Of a DNA stretch of 64,000 bases, positions 22,823 to 36,049 are shown one piece after another. The number at the start of each line of letters is the position of its first letter. Within the stretch, counting starts at the first letter, position 1. A program made the position numbers and the translations under genes. The stretch is from contig JAUCBJ010001208.1 in the NCBI GenBank assembly GCA_032718475.1, forward strand, positions 5,028-69,027. The letters are read 5' to 3'. The DNA is from Nemertoderma westbladi (Eukaryota > Animalia > Xenacoelomorpha). The notes under the pieces were generated by a model. That model ran no database searches. It worked only from the letters and a program-made list of their open reading frames with translations, and had not been told where the DNA came from.

Positions 22823-22910
22823 GGGTTGACAGGGTCAGACATTGACAGACATTGACAGGGTACTGCTGTATCATTGGATGTGTTGTACTGTATTAAATAA
22901 ACCCACCAAC

Positions 22911-23105
22911 CTTCACATTGATTAGAACAGAAACCCCAATGCCCTGAACTGGATATGAAATTCCCACCGCTTTCTACTTGAGTTGCACACCATGGCTGGG
23001 TTTTAGGTTCAATAGCGCAGTTGGTGTACTCATTTCCATTGTCGGTGAATGGGAAGACGCAGTTCCAGTTGGGTCGTGGTCCTCCCAGTGTTCTGCAATC
23101 CCGTA
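22911..23105 (-). CDS. Host gene exon: fibronectin type II domain
   Basis: ctgattgcag|TA acceptor and G|gttggt donor (phase 1-1, 195 nt); RDCRTLGGPRPNWNCVFPFTDNGNEYTNCAIEPKTQPWCATQVESGGNFISSSGHWGFCSNQCE; absent from the ORF track. Confidence 0.85.
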
Positions 23106-24195
23106 CTGCAATCAGTATAAGAAGGTGAACAGTCTCTGGTCATATAGATGGGTGATATTGGAGTTAACTCACAGCACTCAATGTAACACTGTAACTGTAT
23201 TGGGATGGATGGAGGGACAGAGTCGTTCAATGTTTATGTAAGCCTACTCGCGATTAGTTCAATGTTCTCCCGCTAAAGGGCTTAATCTAAACATGAAATG
23301 TTCATTTATACCTACCACTTTTTTTTAATATATACACTCCGAGTGGAGTAAATTTAATATTTTAATGAAATATATAATGTCTACATACTGTAAATTAAAA
23401 CAATGTCAACTAAAATTTGGTGTAAACACCAAAACATAAAAAAGTGAATCTGTTTATAAAAAACAGTGAATTAAACTTAAACTGATTTGGCTCCAAGCTG
23501 GAGACTGGGACGGACATTTTTTGCAATGCAGTAAGTACATGGTATCTATTTATAGATACATCATTGCAGTATTTGGAACTACAGTCCTTTGTGATTGGGT
23601 GGAATGGCGTTGAATTATCACAGACTTTACAAGGAAAACCATGTGCCGTGAGTCTTGTTACCAAATGTCGGTTCCGTTGCAGTGGATTCCGCCAAACACT
23701 GCAGAGGTACAGTCCATGTGCAAAATGAGTAAATCTGTAGTATAGTTTGGTTATAATACGTAGTTTATTGTTTTAATCTTAAACATTATTTTAATCTCAA
23801 CAAATGACAAATATATAATATAATGTTAAACGTGACACCACCACCAGATAACTCATAATATAATACAGTAATTACTGTTTGACCTGATGGTCCATATGAA
23901 ACGAATCATTAAGAAGAGTTGGCAATATCCCAGTGATAGTGGGTTATTGCGGTTATTATGTAACTAATACATTATACAAGTACATTATATGTTATATGAG
24001 TTAGTTGATACTATACCAATCTGATAGGTGAAAAATAAGTAAGAGGTGAAAAATAAGTAAGCATGGTGTTGTATGTAATGTACATGATACTGTACATAGA
24101 ACAATCATGATGCAATAATCTTAATTCTTCATTTTCTTTGAAAGTAGTTTTGCCATTATTTGTTGCCAATTAATTTATTAATGGGTAACAACCAC

Positions 24196-24420
24196 CCTAG
24201 TTTGTGGGGCGAGCCACGAAGTGAGCCTTAGTATATGGGTGCGATTAACGAGTTGTCTGTCGTCGTCGTCGACGTAAATTTTTGATCGCCAATAACTCGG
24301 TTATTCATTGATGAAATTAAACGAAACTTATGTAGTATGTATACGTATACGTAGGTACGTATGTAGTCCGGCAAAAGTTTAGAAAGAATCTCAAGTTTGG
24401 TCAAAAACGAACGAACGCAA
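24196..24420 (+). repeat. DINE-1/Helentron-like non-autonomous repeat (second, inverted copy at about 30340-30500)
   Basis: GGGGCGAGCC..GCCTTAG..GGTGCGATTAACGAG..GTCTGTCGTCGTC..AATAACTCGG matches the reverse complement of 30377-30500. Confidence 0.5.
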
Positions 24421-24781
24421 CGAGTTTACAGTGGACATGAGAATCTATCTGCCATAAATCAGCAGTTATAATGGTCGTTAGTCTCCGTTTAGGAAAATTA
24501 TTTTAAGACAAAACACGAAGAGCGCAACGAGGCTAATGAAGGACAAGAGTATTGTCAACAGTATCACAAACTGATAGCATCGCCTTCACTCATATATATT
24601 TTAGGAAAGACAGTTTTCGTATATCTAATAGAGATTACTATAATATACTTTCTAATATAGGCTCTCGTGCTGCGAACGTGTATTACTTTGCTTTAGTGCT
24701 TCTTTCTATGTATGATGAATGTTACGTTAGACATGTGGGGCGATCGATAACGATAGCCATGTAAGTCCAGTTGAGCTTTAA

Positions 24782-26359
24782 CCCTATTAGTACCGGGCTA
24801 TAAAATGTTGTACAAATACCGGAGGGGGGGTCATATTGACCCCCCCTCTAAAATCTACAAATATTTACGAAAACGTCTGATTTTTTGTTTGTACGTAGGT
24901 ATCACTTGTCTGGATCCGACCGAAAAAAAAAATTTCGAAAGAATGTACTTGGGTGGTTATATTGCAGCACCAAATTTACAAGTAGTGCACAATTTTCACA
25001 AAATTTGAAAGTTACATTTTCGGCTTAATTATTTTTCAATACAGGTTTTCTGGGGCGCAAAATACATTGGAAAATATTTAAAAATAATATGATTACTATA
25101 AATGGCTGTTTAGTCCTCTCTGCGTAGGAAAAAAATGAAAAAAACAAGTAACCAGCACTTTTCAGTTAGAACACAAAATTTTTAATTCACTTATACGATG
25201 CTATAAATTCACATTTTCAGGTTTTCGAGGGCCCTGATTCTAATGGAATACATTTCTTATATGCCAGATCATTGCTACTTGTATTTTTCGGCGTAATTTG
25301 GCAGATTTTGGTGCTAGCACCAAATTTCGTACCCATTACCAAAAAAGTACAAGTTTGCGATGTCCAGTGCTGTTTTTATTGATTCCATCGGATTCAGGAC
25401 CCTCATAAACCCGTATAACGCAAAAAACAAGATAATACTATCTTCTGATCAATTTGTTTATTTTCCAAAATTTGGTGCTGGCACAACAATTTTCACCCAC
25501 CGGCAAAAAAAATACAAGTTTGAGAACTCTTATGAAATTTTTGCTGATTCCATTGAATTCAGAACCAGCAGAAACCCGTATAACGCAAGAAACAAGGTGA
25601 CACAATCAATTGATTTATTTGATGGTTTTCAAAATTTGGTGCTAGCACCACATTTTGCACCCACATCCGAAAAATACAAGTTTGAGATGTCTAGTTCGAT
25701 AATTATATATTCAATTGAATTCAGAACAGCCATAAACCTCTAAAACGCAAGAAATAAATTGTCACAAGCAATTTTATCTATTGAATTAATTTTCAAAATT
25801 TCGTGCTAGCACCAAAATTTGCACACAGCACCGAAAAATACAAGTTTGATACGCTTGGTGCAACTCTTATATATTTAATCGAAACCAGAACCCCAAAAAA
25901 CCCCAATTGCGTAAATAACAAGTTTCAAACAATCAATTTACAAAATTGACATATTTCAAAATTTGGTGCTGGCACCACAATTTGGCACCCACCGAAAAAA
26001 ACAAGTTTGAAATTTCTAAATCAATTTATATGAATTACATCCAATTGTTAACACCAAAATACCGCTGTAAATCAAAAATTGAGATGTTACAATTCATATT
26101 TAATGAAATGTAATATTCAAAAAACGTCTCAAAAAAAGTGCCAAAAGTAGGGTTAAAAAATGGTGCTATAACACGAAAACTACCCTATATTTTTGAAAAA
26201 GGTTTTCACTACGAGGAAGACAATAGATTTTTAGGAAAAGTCAAAAAATTTCAGATTCCCAACTGCGTTTGTTTCAGAATTATAATAAAAAAAACACGAG
26301 GGGGTCATATTGACCCCCCCCCACCACCCCCCCCCCCCCCCCCCCCGTGTTTAATAGGG
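24782..26359 (+). mobile_element. Non-autonomous piggyBac-like element, copy 1
   Basis: TTAA|CCCTATTA...TAATAGGG ends, subterminal GGGGTCATATTGACCCC palindromes, internal tandem units of about 120-130 bp; second copy at 54286-55892. Confidence 0.78.
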
Positions 26360-26605
26360 TCTTTAAGGCCTATATATAACTGAGAGTTTTCGAGGAGAAT
26401 GCAGGACAGATTTTATACTACACCATCTTCCTTAATGCAACAACCATTTTAGCAATTCAGTAATTCGTCGATGCCATTAAAATTTAAATTTCAAGTGTTT
26501 GAAGTTTGTATACCAAACTCTCTTATTTATGGTGTAGAATCTCGGTTAAGTAATGATGTACAAGGGATACAAAAACAGTACACGTTCGTGGGGACTTCGC
26601 GCAGC

Positions 26606-27103
26606 ACGTAGTCGGCAAGCCTTGGCATACGGTTCATATAGAGCAAATGGGGCATGTCTAGTTTGGACCCCATTTCCCATGCTATAAATGTATTCATTCG
26701 ATATACAATCATATGTTAATCCGCTAGGTGGTGTCAAATTGTTATTCTGCAATTTCGTACTTACCAGTGCAGCACTGTACAGCAGTACCGTACCGGTAGG
26801 CCTATGTCATTACTTCTGAGTCTCTAGCGGATCCCCAATTAAATGTCTTAACTTTTCAATTTCGTAAAAGATAGACTTCATGATTCTCTACAGGCCACCA
26901 AAATTTCAGCTCAGGAAAATGAGGCCTTCCCGAGAAATTTAACATTTTCTAAAAACCACATAATCTGTCGTAGCTGACGTCAGACTGCATGATTTTTCAC
27001 CAAACTTTACAAACTTTCTAAACTTTCTCTCTACTACTTACCTACTAAGTTTGGTTCAATTCCGAACCAGCTATGCCGAGATATTCGCGTTCAAACATTT
27101 ACC

Positions 27104-27155
<52 letters not shown>

Positions 27156-27210
27156 GGACATGCCCCATTTGCCCTATATGAACCGTATGCCAAGGCTCGC
27201 CGACTACGTG
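26606..27210. mobile_element. DINE-1/Helentron-associated-like element with ~54 bp inverted repeats and (CAGA)n
   Basis: CACGTAGTCGG..GGGGCATGTC (26606-26659) inverted at 27157-27210; (CAGA)n at about 27103-27155; AAAATTTCAGCTC motif. Confidence 0.6.
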
Positions 27211-27690
27211 TCTCGCCCCACAATATGTATCGAGTAAAAATACTTCTTAGAGTAAGAATACAAAGGCCCCCAATGCCATCTACATGTTATAACTTGGTCT
27301 TCCGAAGTTGTAGACACGAATTAATTGTTAAATTCCTTTCAAGGTTCCTAAATAAATATAAATAAACACAGCGCCAGACCTCTTCCCCTTCCACCAAGCA
27401 TATGACATTTTACGGCTCAATATAAGATATATGCCTGATTATGCTACAAAGTTTAAGTTTTGACATGCATGTAGGCCTACTGTACCACATGCTGCTTCGC
27501 TGTGAGGAAGTTGATTGAACCGTAGTTTCCAGTTTTCCAGTTGTTAATAGGCGAAATGTCTAAGAGTAAAAACCTTCTTTATTCCTTAATGCTGAAACTT
27601 TTCTACTGCGTAAAAGTGATTAGCCGATATCTGCCTAAATTGTACTTACAGTATAATTTTTTGAGTTAACACTTAGTAATCCGAACTTAC

Positions 27691-27809
27691 TTGGCTGCTT
27701 CTTTGCTTCACCACAGACTATCATGAGTGCACTAATATTTGCAACAGGTAACTCTGAGGCGTAAAATCCTGGATTACATTTCGTGTTGGTACCAGTGTAG
27801 TCGACACCA
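27691..27809 (-). CDS. Host gene exon 4: beta/gamma-crystallin Greek key 4
   Basis: ttacag|T acceptor, A|gtaagt donor; SGVDYTGTNTKCNPGFYASELPVANISALMIVCGEAKKQP; phases match exon 3 and the FN2 exon. Confidence 0.8.
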
Positions 27810-27945
27810 CTGTAATTAATACATCTCATGATTAATTAAAGTAACGCCACATATGCGATGTAGGCCTATTCAGTATACTGTATTGCTGTTACAATATTGC
27901 TGTTAGTTATACTGCAACAGCAGCTTATCAATCAATTTGGGTTCA

Positions 27946-28303
27946 TTGTGTCAAGTACAATGCACACATCTCCAACCAGACACTATATAACATTGGAGGT
28001 GTCTCATTGATTCCCCCAAGCTTGACACTAGAACAAAATCGCATCCGCTTTGCAGGACATTGCTTTCGCCGTGAGGACCAGCCAGTGCATAATCTTGTAC
28101 TTTGGCAGCCTCATGGAGTGAATAAGCATGGTGGACAGCCCGTGACTTTCTTGAGACGCATCTTAAAGGACACTGGCCTTGAAGATGCGGATGATCTAGC
28201 AAATGTCACGGGTGATAGGGAGTTGTGGCGGCGCAATTTTGTCGACAAGCCGACACAGCATTCTTAAAAATGCAGCTGCAATGCAGCATGCCGATACTAC
28301 TAC
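27946..28303 (+). mobile_element. RTE-clade LINE 3' end fragment (intronic)
   Basis: RIRFAGHCFRREDQPVHNLVLWQP..DRELWRR; same 3' UTR with (TAC)n tail. Confidence 0.85.
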
Positions 28304-28639
28304 TATCAATCAATCAGCAGGTTGACGGTATCAACAATGCCAATATATGCACACTGTATGCATGCAATAAGAATATGAAACTAATGTATATTTTATACTC
28401 AGAGCCTCAGCAACTGGGCCACTGTCTCTCTCGATTAATTTACAGTACCTTCTAATTCGGCATCCTTTTATACAAGCATTTATTAGATTTTATTTCATCA
28501 ATTAATATTAATATTTATTTTATTTTATAATCAATCCATGGCTTTATTAAATTTAAAAAAATGTATATATTTTTTTTATTAATTATAGTTCTACAGTAGA
28601 TATTTGATGACAGAATATTTTAAGTCTAATAGGAAATAC

Positions 28640-28790
28640 CTGTATAATTGCCAAGGAAAGATTCCTGTAATTATCATGGAACTGGCGATGTTGTCAAATC
28701 CATTGTTTCCCAAGTCAGGGACGTTGCACCTGCTGTCTGCGTCAGCGTCTACTTTGTATACCGGAGCGTTACATGATATGAAGGAGTTTC
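28640..28790 (-). CDS. Host gene exon 3: beta/gamma-crystallin
   Basis: attag|GA acceptor, AG|gtattt donor; GNSFISCNAPVYKV..CNVPDLGNNGFDNIASSMIITGIFPWQLY. Confidence 0.85.
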
Positions 28791-28829
28791 CTAATAATCA
28801 CAAGAATACTCGCATATGTAAAAAATAGG

Positions 28830-29160
28830 GGAGTCATCTCAGCCTAAGGGGAGAGTGTTCTCAGTCTAGGCTGAGATAACTGGTGAGTGTTCCCAGCCCA
28901 GGCTGAGACGACTGAGGAGTGTTTTCAGCCTAGGCTGAGATGACTGGGGAGTTAATTTCAATATCTCAATGTCAATATCTCAGCCTTTCAGCTCGCTGTG
29001 CACCGGGTCACATTTAGGTTGTGTGATCATCTCCAACTCTTTCAGCCCGCTGTGCACCGGTACACATTTAGGTTGTGTGATCATCTCCAACTCTTTCAGC
29101 CCGCAGTGCACCGGGTCACATTTAGGTTGTGTGATCATCTCCAACTCTTTCAGCCCGCTC
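28830..29160. repeat. Intronic tandem repeats: CTCAGCCTAGGCTGAG palindromic units and 3 x 54 bp unit
   Basis: TGCACCGG.TCACATTTAGGTTGTGTGATCATCTCCAACTCTTTCAGCCCG at about 28999, 29053 and 29107. Confidence 0.85.
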
Positions 29161-29218
29161 TAACTCAAATCTGTCCAAATTGTAAAGAACACTTTGTGTT
29201 ACTTAGAATTATATTTAC

Positions 29219-29376
29219 CATTGAAATCTGTTTGATCGAATAAAATCAACCCTGATTTAGGTATGACTCTGAGGGAACTGATCTTGTCGGCAGTGGCTGG
29301 AAGTTGGGAACTATTATAACTTCCGAAGGTAACAATATCTTTGGCCCCGTCGAAATCACCGTCGTACAGAATCCAA
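29219..29376 (-). CDS. Host gene exon 2: beta/gamma-crystallin
   Basis: tttctag|T acceptor, G|gtaaat donor; WILYDGDFDGAKDIVTFGSYNSSQLPATADKISSLRVIPKSGLILFDQTDFN. Confidence 0.87.
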
Positions 29377-29663
29377 CTAGAAAATATAAGTAGAAAAATT
29401 AAAAAATGAATATGAAACCTTGAAATAAATATATATAATATAAAATATAATATAAAAATAATATATCTCTATAAAAGATAAGGAGAGGTTGATAGTCTGG
29501 TTGCTTTTAAAGAGGAGCAATTGTCTTGCTTCTGATTGTGTAAGTAATACGTACAGAAGACATTCCAGGCCTACAGTAGTTAAACTCTCAGTGCGTGTAA
29601 ATTTTACTGATTTTTGAAATGTTTCATTTAATATCTTCCTAACTAATAATAATTTATACTAAC

Positions 29664-29872
29664 GTTCCACAGATGACATTTATTGATGATACAACATTGT
29701 CGAAAGAATCAAGGTCTAGGTTTGCTGTGTCGGTTTCGGCATATTTGTCCACTTTTGTTCCTGTTTGCCCATCTTCATCGTACAATTCAATGTGCGAATC
29801 ACATCCCTCAACCTCTTGACCTCTACCCAGAATTGGTGTCAGGGTAAATATTGCAAAAATAAGTAGAATCAT
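29664..29872 (-). CDS. Host gene exon 1: signal peptide and beta/gamma-crystallin Greek key 1
   Basis: MILLIFAIFTLTPILG hydrophobic leader; IELYDEDGQTG..FDNVVSSINVICG; AC|gttagt donor, phase 2, matching exon 2. Confidence 0.87.
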
Positions 29873-31574
29873 GATTTTCTACTCAACTCAACTACTTTTT
29901 AGTACCGTAAGTCACACCACACAAGTTATCTACAATTTAATACAACGCAAATTATGTTCATACAATTGTTTAATGTGGGTAGTGTATAATACTGCATGGT
30001 TGCTTACATCATATACAGAATAATGTTAACAACAATTATTGATCTTTATAAAATTCTTGAGGACATTCTTACAACATACGAGTATGAGGAGCTATGTACT
30101 AGAGTTTAGTACCTCACAGTTGGTGACAGTATCATCCACATCGATTATGTAGGTGGTGACATGGGTGGGTGTACAAAGTATACGTTGCGTTGGTATGGTG
30201 GTGTGTATGAATGCCTGTAGTGAACATACAGTAGAATGTAATGTTGTAAAATGTAAATGTATAGTTCATATAAGATAACTCCTTCTCTGTCCACTGTAGC
30301 AACAAAGCTCATATACCTACCATATGCCACTTCAATAACTTTCTAAACTTTTGTCGGACAAGAACATACGTACCAAGTTTGGTTTAATTTCATCAAGAAA
30401 TTACCGAGTTATTAGCGATCAAATATTAGACGACAACAGACGACCTCGTTAATGGCACCCCTACGCTAAGGCTTCACTCACTTATTGGCTCGCCGCACAG
30501 AGCATAATCATATAATAATTGTACTACATCGGTTCACTATGCTTTTTTATTATTAATATAAGTGTATCAATTTTTGGTTTTGTTATTAAATAAAAGAGAT
30601 ACTTTTGTATTTTTTTTTGCAAAACAAAAACCTCACCACACACCCCTCCACATGCTGATACAGGTAATAATGCAATAACCCCTTTAGCTAATCAAAGATT
30701 CCACCTGATATTATATTATCCTTGCACTGACTGCTAGGACTTTAAGGTTAATTGACAACTCCCACACATAGAATACATACATAAGAAATTTTATGCAATA
30801 TAAATAATAAACACCAAGTAAATTAATGTATGTACAAAGCTGTTTGGTTGGGCAGATCAGATCTGGCCCCTAACTTTTGGCGGTAAATTCAAATCTGTTG
30901 TATCATTGAATATAGGAATAGACTGAACTGCTAAGATTGATATAATTGAATCAGAATGCATTTCCTATCTCTTTCGGAGAGACAGGGGGGAGGGGAACTG
31001 TACGCAAATCACGCCTTGGCGAATTAATACCCCGCATCAATGTTAAATTCTCAATTTAGGGAAAGGAGCAGGTTACAGTGGAACGTTATTTTAACGAAAA
31101 CAATAAACTAAACACAAAAGAACAGGTTACAGTGGAACGTTATTTTAACGAAAACAATAAACTAAACACAAAAGAACAGGTTATAGTTTTATTTTTGAAA
31201 GTAATCATCTGTTATTTGCGTCCAATTTACTCTGGAGAGGGATGAATTTTTATTGCGTCCTGTTTCACTCCTATCTGGTTTCGGCCTGAATATTTCTCTT
31301 TTTTACTTTCTTTCATGGGACCAATTTTGTTTATTTCGGAGGGGGGGGGGGGGGGGGGCACAGACTCTAACGCCGGCTCTGTCCATATCCGATCTGTCCA
31401 TGTCCTAAGAACATATTAACAGCTCCAATTTAAACAAATAAATACAATTCCCAGCACTTTAAATTTATAGTTTAGGACTCGTCAAGCTAAAATAAAGTTG
31501 TTAATTTAATCAATACTTCGATTTTAACTAAGATAGTTCAATGAAATTCGCCTGAATATTTATCAAACGTAGCC

Positions 31575-32640
31575 GACCTGCGCAGAACATGTTTAATGGA
31601 GTAGGCATTATCTCCCTGCTTAGTGAGAGAGTTGGCTTGTTGCAATTTTTCGGGAACCTCAGTTAATTTTATTCAACTCTCCTTTGCATATCATTTCCCG
31701 CAGGGTAGAGCTATGTCGATACGCAATCTTTTATCAGCTACTGACGTCAGTGAATGTGTTTCCTAATAAAGAGAACAACTCTCGGTGAAAACGTTTATGG
31801 GTACCGATTTTGCTTGGATTAGTTCCTTGATGAACTCGCCATATAAATAGGCTGACTCTACTGCTTCCACCATTTCAACTGTTTCGGCACCTAGTGAACT
31901 TTTCCCTACCCTTTGGATTCGTCTGCTATGCCAAGCTATGAGTGAAGCTTTCTTTACCTTTATCACCGAAAAGAAACAATAGAGCCACCTCGTGAACCGC
32001 CGTCTAGCAAGTTTCCTAAACTAGCGTCGCTAAAACATTGACTCCCTGTTGATTCTAGATGACCAATGTTGTGCATGTGAATATTGAGAATTTCCGACTT
32101 TATTTTTCTAACAGCCTTTGCTGCCCTGAGTTCCAATGTTTGCCTTGTTTGCAGAACAAGCTTTTTGACAGGATTCAAAGGAAGTGTCGACTCGACACTG
32201 TGTGGTCGCCACAATGAGAGAGCGGTAGATCTTGTTTTTCTCGGCATTCAGTTTCTTTATCATCGGCCCAGTTTCTGTGAACACTTATTTCGGGAATTTG
32301 TGGAATGAATTTGTCTACATTTATTGTTACGCAGACATTATCTTGACGTAGATCTATCCCTAAATATTTAAACGGAGACTCCTTTTCATGGCCCACGATA
32401 AATGTTTCTTTGATTTTCTCGATTATCTTATTCTGAAAGATCGTGTCTCCAGCCCATAAAAAATCATCTACATGGATTACAATCAGGCCACATAATTGTG
32501 TATTCCATTGGAGGAAAAATACTGCTGGGTCGAAACGAGACTTTTGCAGACCAATTGTTCAAACTCCTAACTACGTACTCGAAGATACCACATTCTCCCT
32601 GACTGATGTTTAGATCTTCACTTTCCATATATGTGGCGTT
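31575..32640 (-). pseudogene. Ty1/copia (GalEa-like) RT-RNase H fragment
   Basis: IVIHVDDF, FKYLGIDL, FSDASLGNL.DGGSRGG, WHSRRIQRVGKSSLGAET, KRLRIDI, QANSLTKQG across frameshifts. Confidence 0.82.
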
Positions 32641-33003
32641 AACTGGTCATCTGGAAGATTTTGGGTTATTCATAAAAGTGAATAGACTATTTATTGTATG
32701 TAAATTCAATTAGACTTAATTAAGCAACATAAAAAAGCTAATTTTTCCTAAATTTATGTTCAAATGATGTAACTGAGTGGGATAATTAATTTCGCGACTG
32801 TGTTTGAGGCTTAAATAAATCTTTTGGTGTGTGTGTCGGCCTGTGTGCCTCATCCCGCTTGTCTTTGACTGTGTTTGAGTGTGTGCCTAGTTTAGTAACA
32901 TCCTTTAATCTCGAATTATTATTGTTCGAACCATGCTCTGCCATCATGTTAATTGAGTGTAAAGGAATATCATGTTTGTTTCAAATTCAGTATTTGTTAT
33001 TAA

Positions 33004-35910
33004 GGGTAGAGGATAGGTTGCAAAATCCCATACATTTCCCTTTCAAAATCGATGTAACTTTTCCTCAAAATCTGCCTTACGGATTTCTCTCAAATTTTAA
33101 CACAACCATTCTACCACTCTTGTACATAAGAGGAATTAACAGTTTTCAAATTTTATTTCAAAATTTAAAAAATATCGCACATTTTTTAATAAAACACTTT
33201 AATTTTTCAAAAAAAAACCGCCGATTTTTCAGAAAAGCAGCTATAACTATTTTCATAATCATTGGATGAAAAAGATTTTAGTTGCACATTTGTAGGATAT
33301 GACATATATCATCTCTGGAAAATTATTAAAATTCATAAAGCCAATCTTGAGAAAAAGGAACATGAAGTTTCGAAATTTCAAAAAATTCAAATTTGAGAAA
33401 AACCGACTATTTTATGAGTGAAACCCTTTTCATACCCCATATTGCGAGAATGAAATTTATGAAAATAAAATGAAACTGAAATTCGTAAATTTAAAAAAAA
33501 TTTGTTGAATTGAAAATGAATTAATTTAAATTTGTAGAGAATAATCATCGACTTATTCGAGGTGTTATTTAACTAATTAAATTTATTTATAACTAATATA
33601 GTTATCATTAATTAGGTAATAAATTTCGCTATTTAAGAAAACTGTAGGTCGTGTGGGAAAATGATGAAATTTAAAGTTGTAGGGAATCGTCGACTTAGTC
33701 GAGTGTGATTTCCGGATCCAATTCGCTGCACTACCTAGCGGAAAATAGGGAAAGTGGCTTTTTACCAATTATAGTTGGCTAGGTGACATTAGCAATATAA
33801 TGTCACATATTAACCAACGAACGCAATATACATTGCCAGCCACAAGAGATGAGAGGCTATAGGCCATCTCAGGGGGACGAAGGGAGCTAGCACGTGGGTA
33901 TGGGGGAACAGGGATTGCCAAAGGAAGGATAGATTAGCCAGTGGTGGGGCAGCACACCATCTGATTGGGATGCATCCATTGGCCAGGCCACGTAGCTCCT
34001 CTATAATAATGTGTATAACCGTTGCATTTATTACCTGTTGTTCATTGGGTTTGTGTAGAGCTGTGGAAGCAAAATGGTTTAAACCGTAGTCGTCGTCATT
34101 CAGTAAGTGCTGTTATTACAGTACATTCTGATTGTGCTATTATTATATTCTGACATTACGAACAACTGCCACTAAAACTCAGTTATTCTATCGGCCTCTG
34201 GCCTTTCAGATACCACAAGCCTTTCAGCAGCCAGCAGACGCAGCGATTTGTATTATCCAAAAGCAAACACATCGGTCGGGATTCCCTCGCCAACTCGGGG
34301 ATCCCGTCACATCGAGTGGTTATATAACTTTTTTAATTAATTTATAATTAATTAGGTAAAAAATTTCGCAATTTAATAATTTATTTTATATTTGCTGTTA
34401 TATAATTCCTGTACACAAGCCAAATTGATGAAAATAATGAAGAATTAATGTAGCAATTAACTCCAGTTAGTTTAGAAAAATAATTTCGAATTACTGTAGT
34501 TATTTGTGTAAATAGTTAGTGCCCACCAGGAACATAGTCTTTTTCATCATCATCAGAGTCATTCTCCTTTTCGCGTTTTATACTTCGTTTAGGCCGTGCA
34601 GCCTTTGTTATGTCTTTGAATCTATTCTCCACTCGACGAATTCGTATATTGTCCAGTTTATTCAACGCATTCAGGCATTGGTGAACAACTGTTTTAGAAC
34701 ATTCAAGACCTGAATTCCCTTGATTGAAACAAATAACTGAGTCATAAGCTCCACTCGCTAGCATGGTGCAGCCAACAAAAACACGTTTTGGACACCGTTT
34801 ATACACCATGTTATTGAATGATTCATTTAAATTCTGGGTCTTACCATGGATACAACGTTCTACAGTAGTAGAGAAGATTCTGTGAGGGCGCGGTAAATTG
34901 GTTTTATAACTGTCATGATGGCCGAGGGTAAACTGTTGCTAGTGTTGCTATGGTTATATGGGATCCCTTTATTGCACTTACACCAGGTATCTGAAATTTT
35001 AGGGCATAACCCATGTAGGGGAGAAAGATTTGTTGATAGCTTGTGGAAAAATGTTGCCCATACCGCCTTCCTCATAGAAGCGACGGAATCTGAATTGGAA
35101 CAAATAGCTACTCCATATTATCCCTGCAGTTTGTCTATAACTTAATCTGTACTGTAAGTCGATTCCAACCTCCAATCTTTTTCAGATTAGACAACTTTTT
35201 CCGGTGTTGTCGCGTTTCGGCAACTGATAGTCGCGTTTCGGCAACATGGTAACAAGGTTGCGTTTCGGCAACTGAGTGATGCATTTCGGCAACTCATAGT
35301 TTCATTTCGGCAAGTTGCCGAAACGCAACTTCAGTTAGCCGAAATGCAACTACGAGTTGTCGAAACACAACTATAGCAGTTGGTGACACGTAATTGTTCA
35401 GTTGCCGAAACGTGAATTTGAGTTGCCTAAACGTGACAGTTGCTGAAACGCGACGTAACCCTTTTTCCCACTATGATCATTCTTCAATTTCCGAAGCCTG
35501 CTCCCTAATCTCTTTTTGAATCTGTACCACACTCTCGAGTTTTCACAATAGCAACATTGTTTCCATACAGTTTTGACCCCTCAACTGTTTTAAAACTGCT
35601 GCTATCACCATCACTGAGATACTGTGTATAATGGACCCTGAGCTCCGATATTGATCTACAAAATATCGCCATCCCAGCCACTTCCATCCCCCCACTAGAT
35701 CCTGTGTAGTTCTTCAAACACGCATTCTTGTGTTTCTCCAAAGCCTCAAACTTATTTGTTGCATCCTTGATAAGGTTTATCATAGTTCAATGATGGCAGT
35801 ACTTCGAGAAAGTCTCAACATCCACAACTCGTCCGGTGTCCACAAATATACTGAGCTCCGATATTGATCTACAAAATATCGCCATAGCCCCAGCCACTTC
35901 CATCCCCCAA
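33004..35910 (-). mobile_element. Kolobok (KolobokP-like) DNA transposon remnant with disrupted DDE transposase (about 34516-35900)
   Basis: GSSGGME, YTQYLSDGDSSSF, MRKAVWATFFH, HGLCPK..WCK, HGKTQNLNESFNNMVYKRCPK; TTAA|GGG terminus at 33000-33006. Confidence 0.7.
35203..35460. mobile_element. Palindromic MITE (Merlin- or MuDR-like) inserted in the Kolobok transposase
   Basis: 8-bp target-site duplication CTTTTTCC (35195-35202 and 35461-35468); GG-starting TIRs; arrays of GTTTCGGCAAC and its inverse. Confidence 0.8.
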
Positions 35911-36049
35911 ATTTATTTAACCATTTAAACTTCGGGATCCCGTTTCAAAAAAGTCGGAATCGGGATTCGATATTTCGCTGGGATCCCGGTTTATCGGTTT
36001 TTTTTAAACATTAGTGCATTGATGAAGCCAGAAGTCTTCCGATTGTTTA

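Noticed and set aside
23410-23735. Cys-rich extra exon of the host gene
   Set aside because: No acceptor/donor pair gave a phase-compatible open frame.
25360-25743. 127-aa repetitive ORF (and 54788-55661 equivalents)
   Set aside because: Translation of internal tandem repeats of the piggyBac-like element; the frame is not conserved between the two copies.
28977-29160. Regular 54-bp repeats as a CRISPR array
   Set aside because: Head-to-tail units without unique spacers, intronic, no cas genes, eukaryotic context.
33801-34311. Solo LTR (TGTCAC...GTCACA with CCAAT/TATA-like boxes) inside the Kolobok remnant
   Set aside because: No convincing target-site duplication and no second copy in the window.
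35203-35460. Short repeats with variable linkers as a CRISPR-like array
   Set aside because: Mirror-symmetric with TIRs and an 8-bp target-site duplication, so a MITE; linkers are too short.
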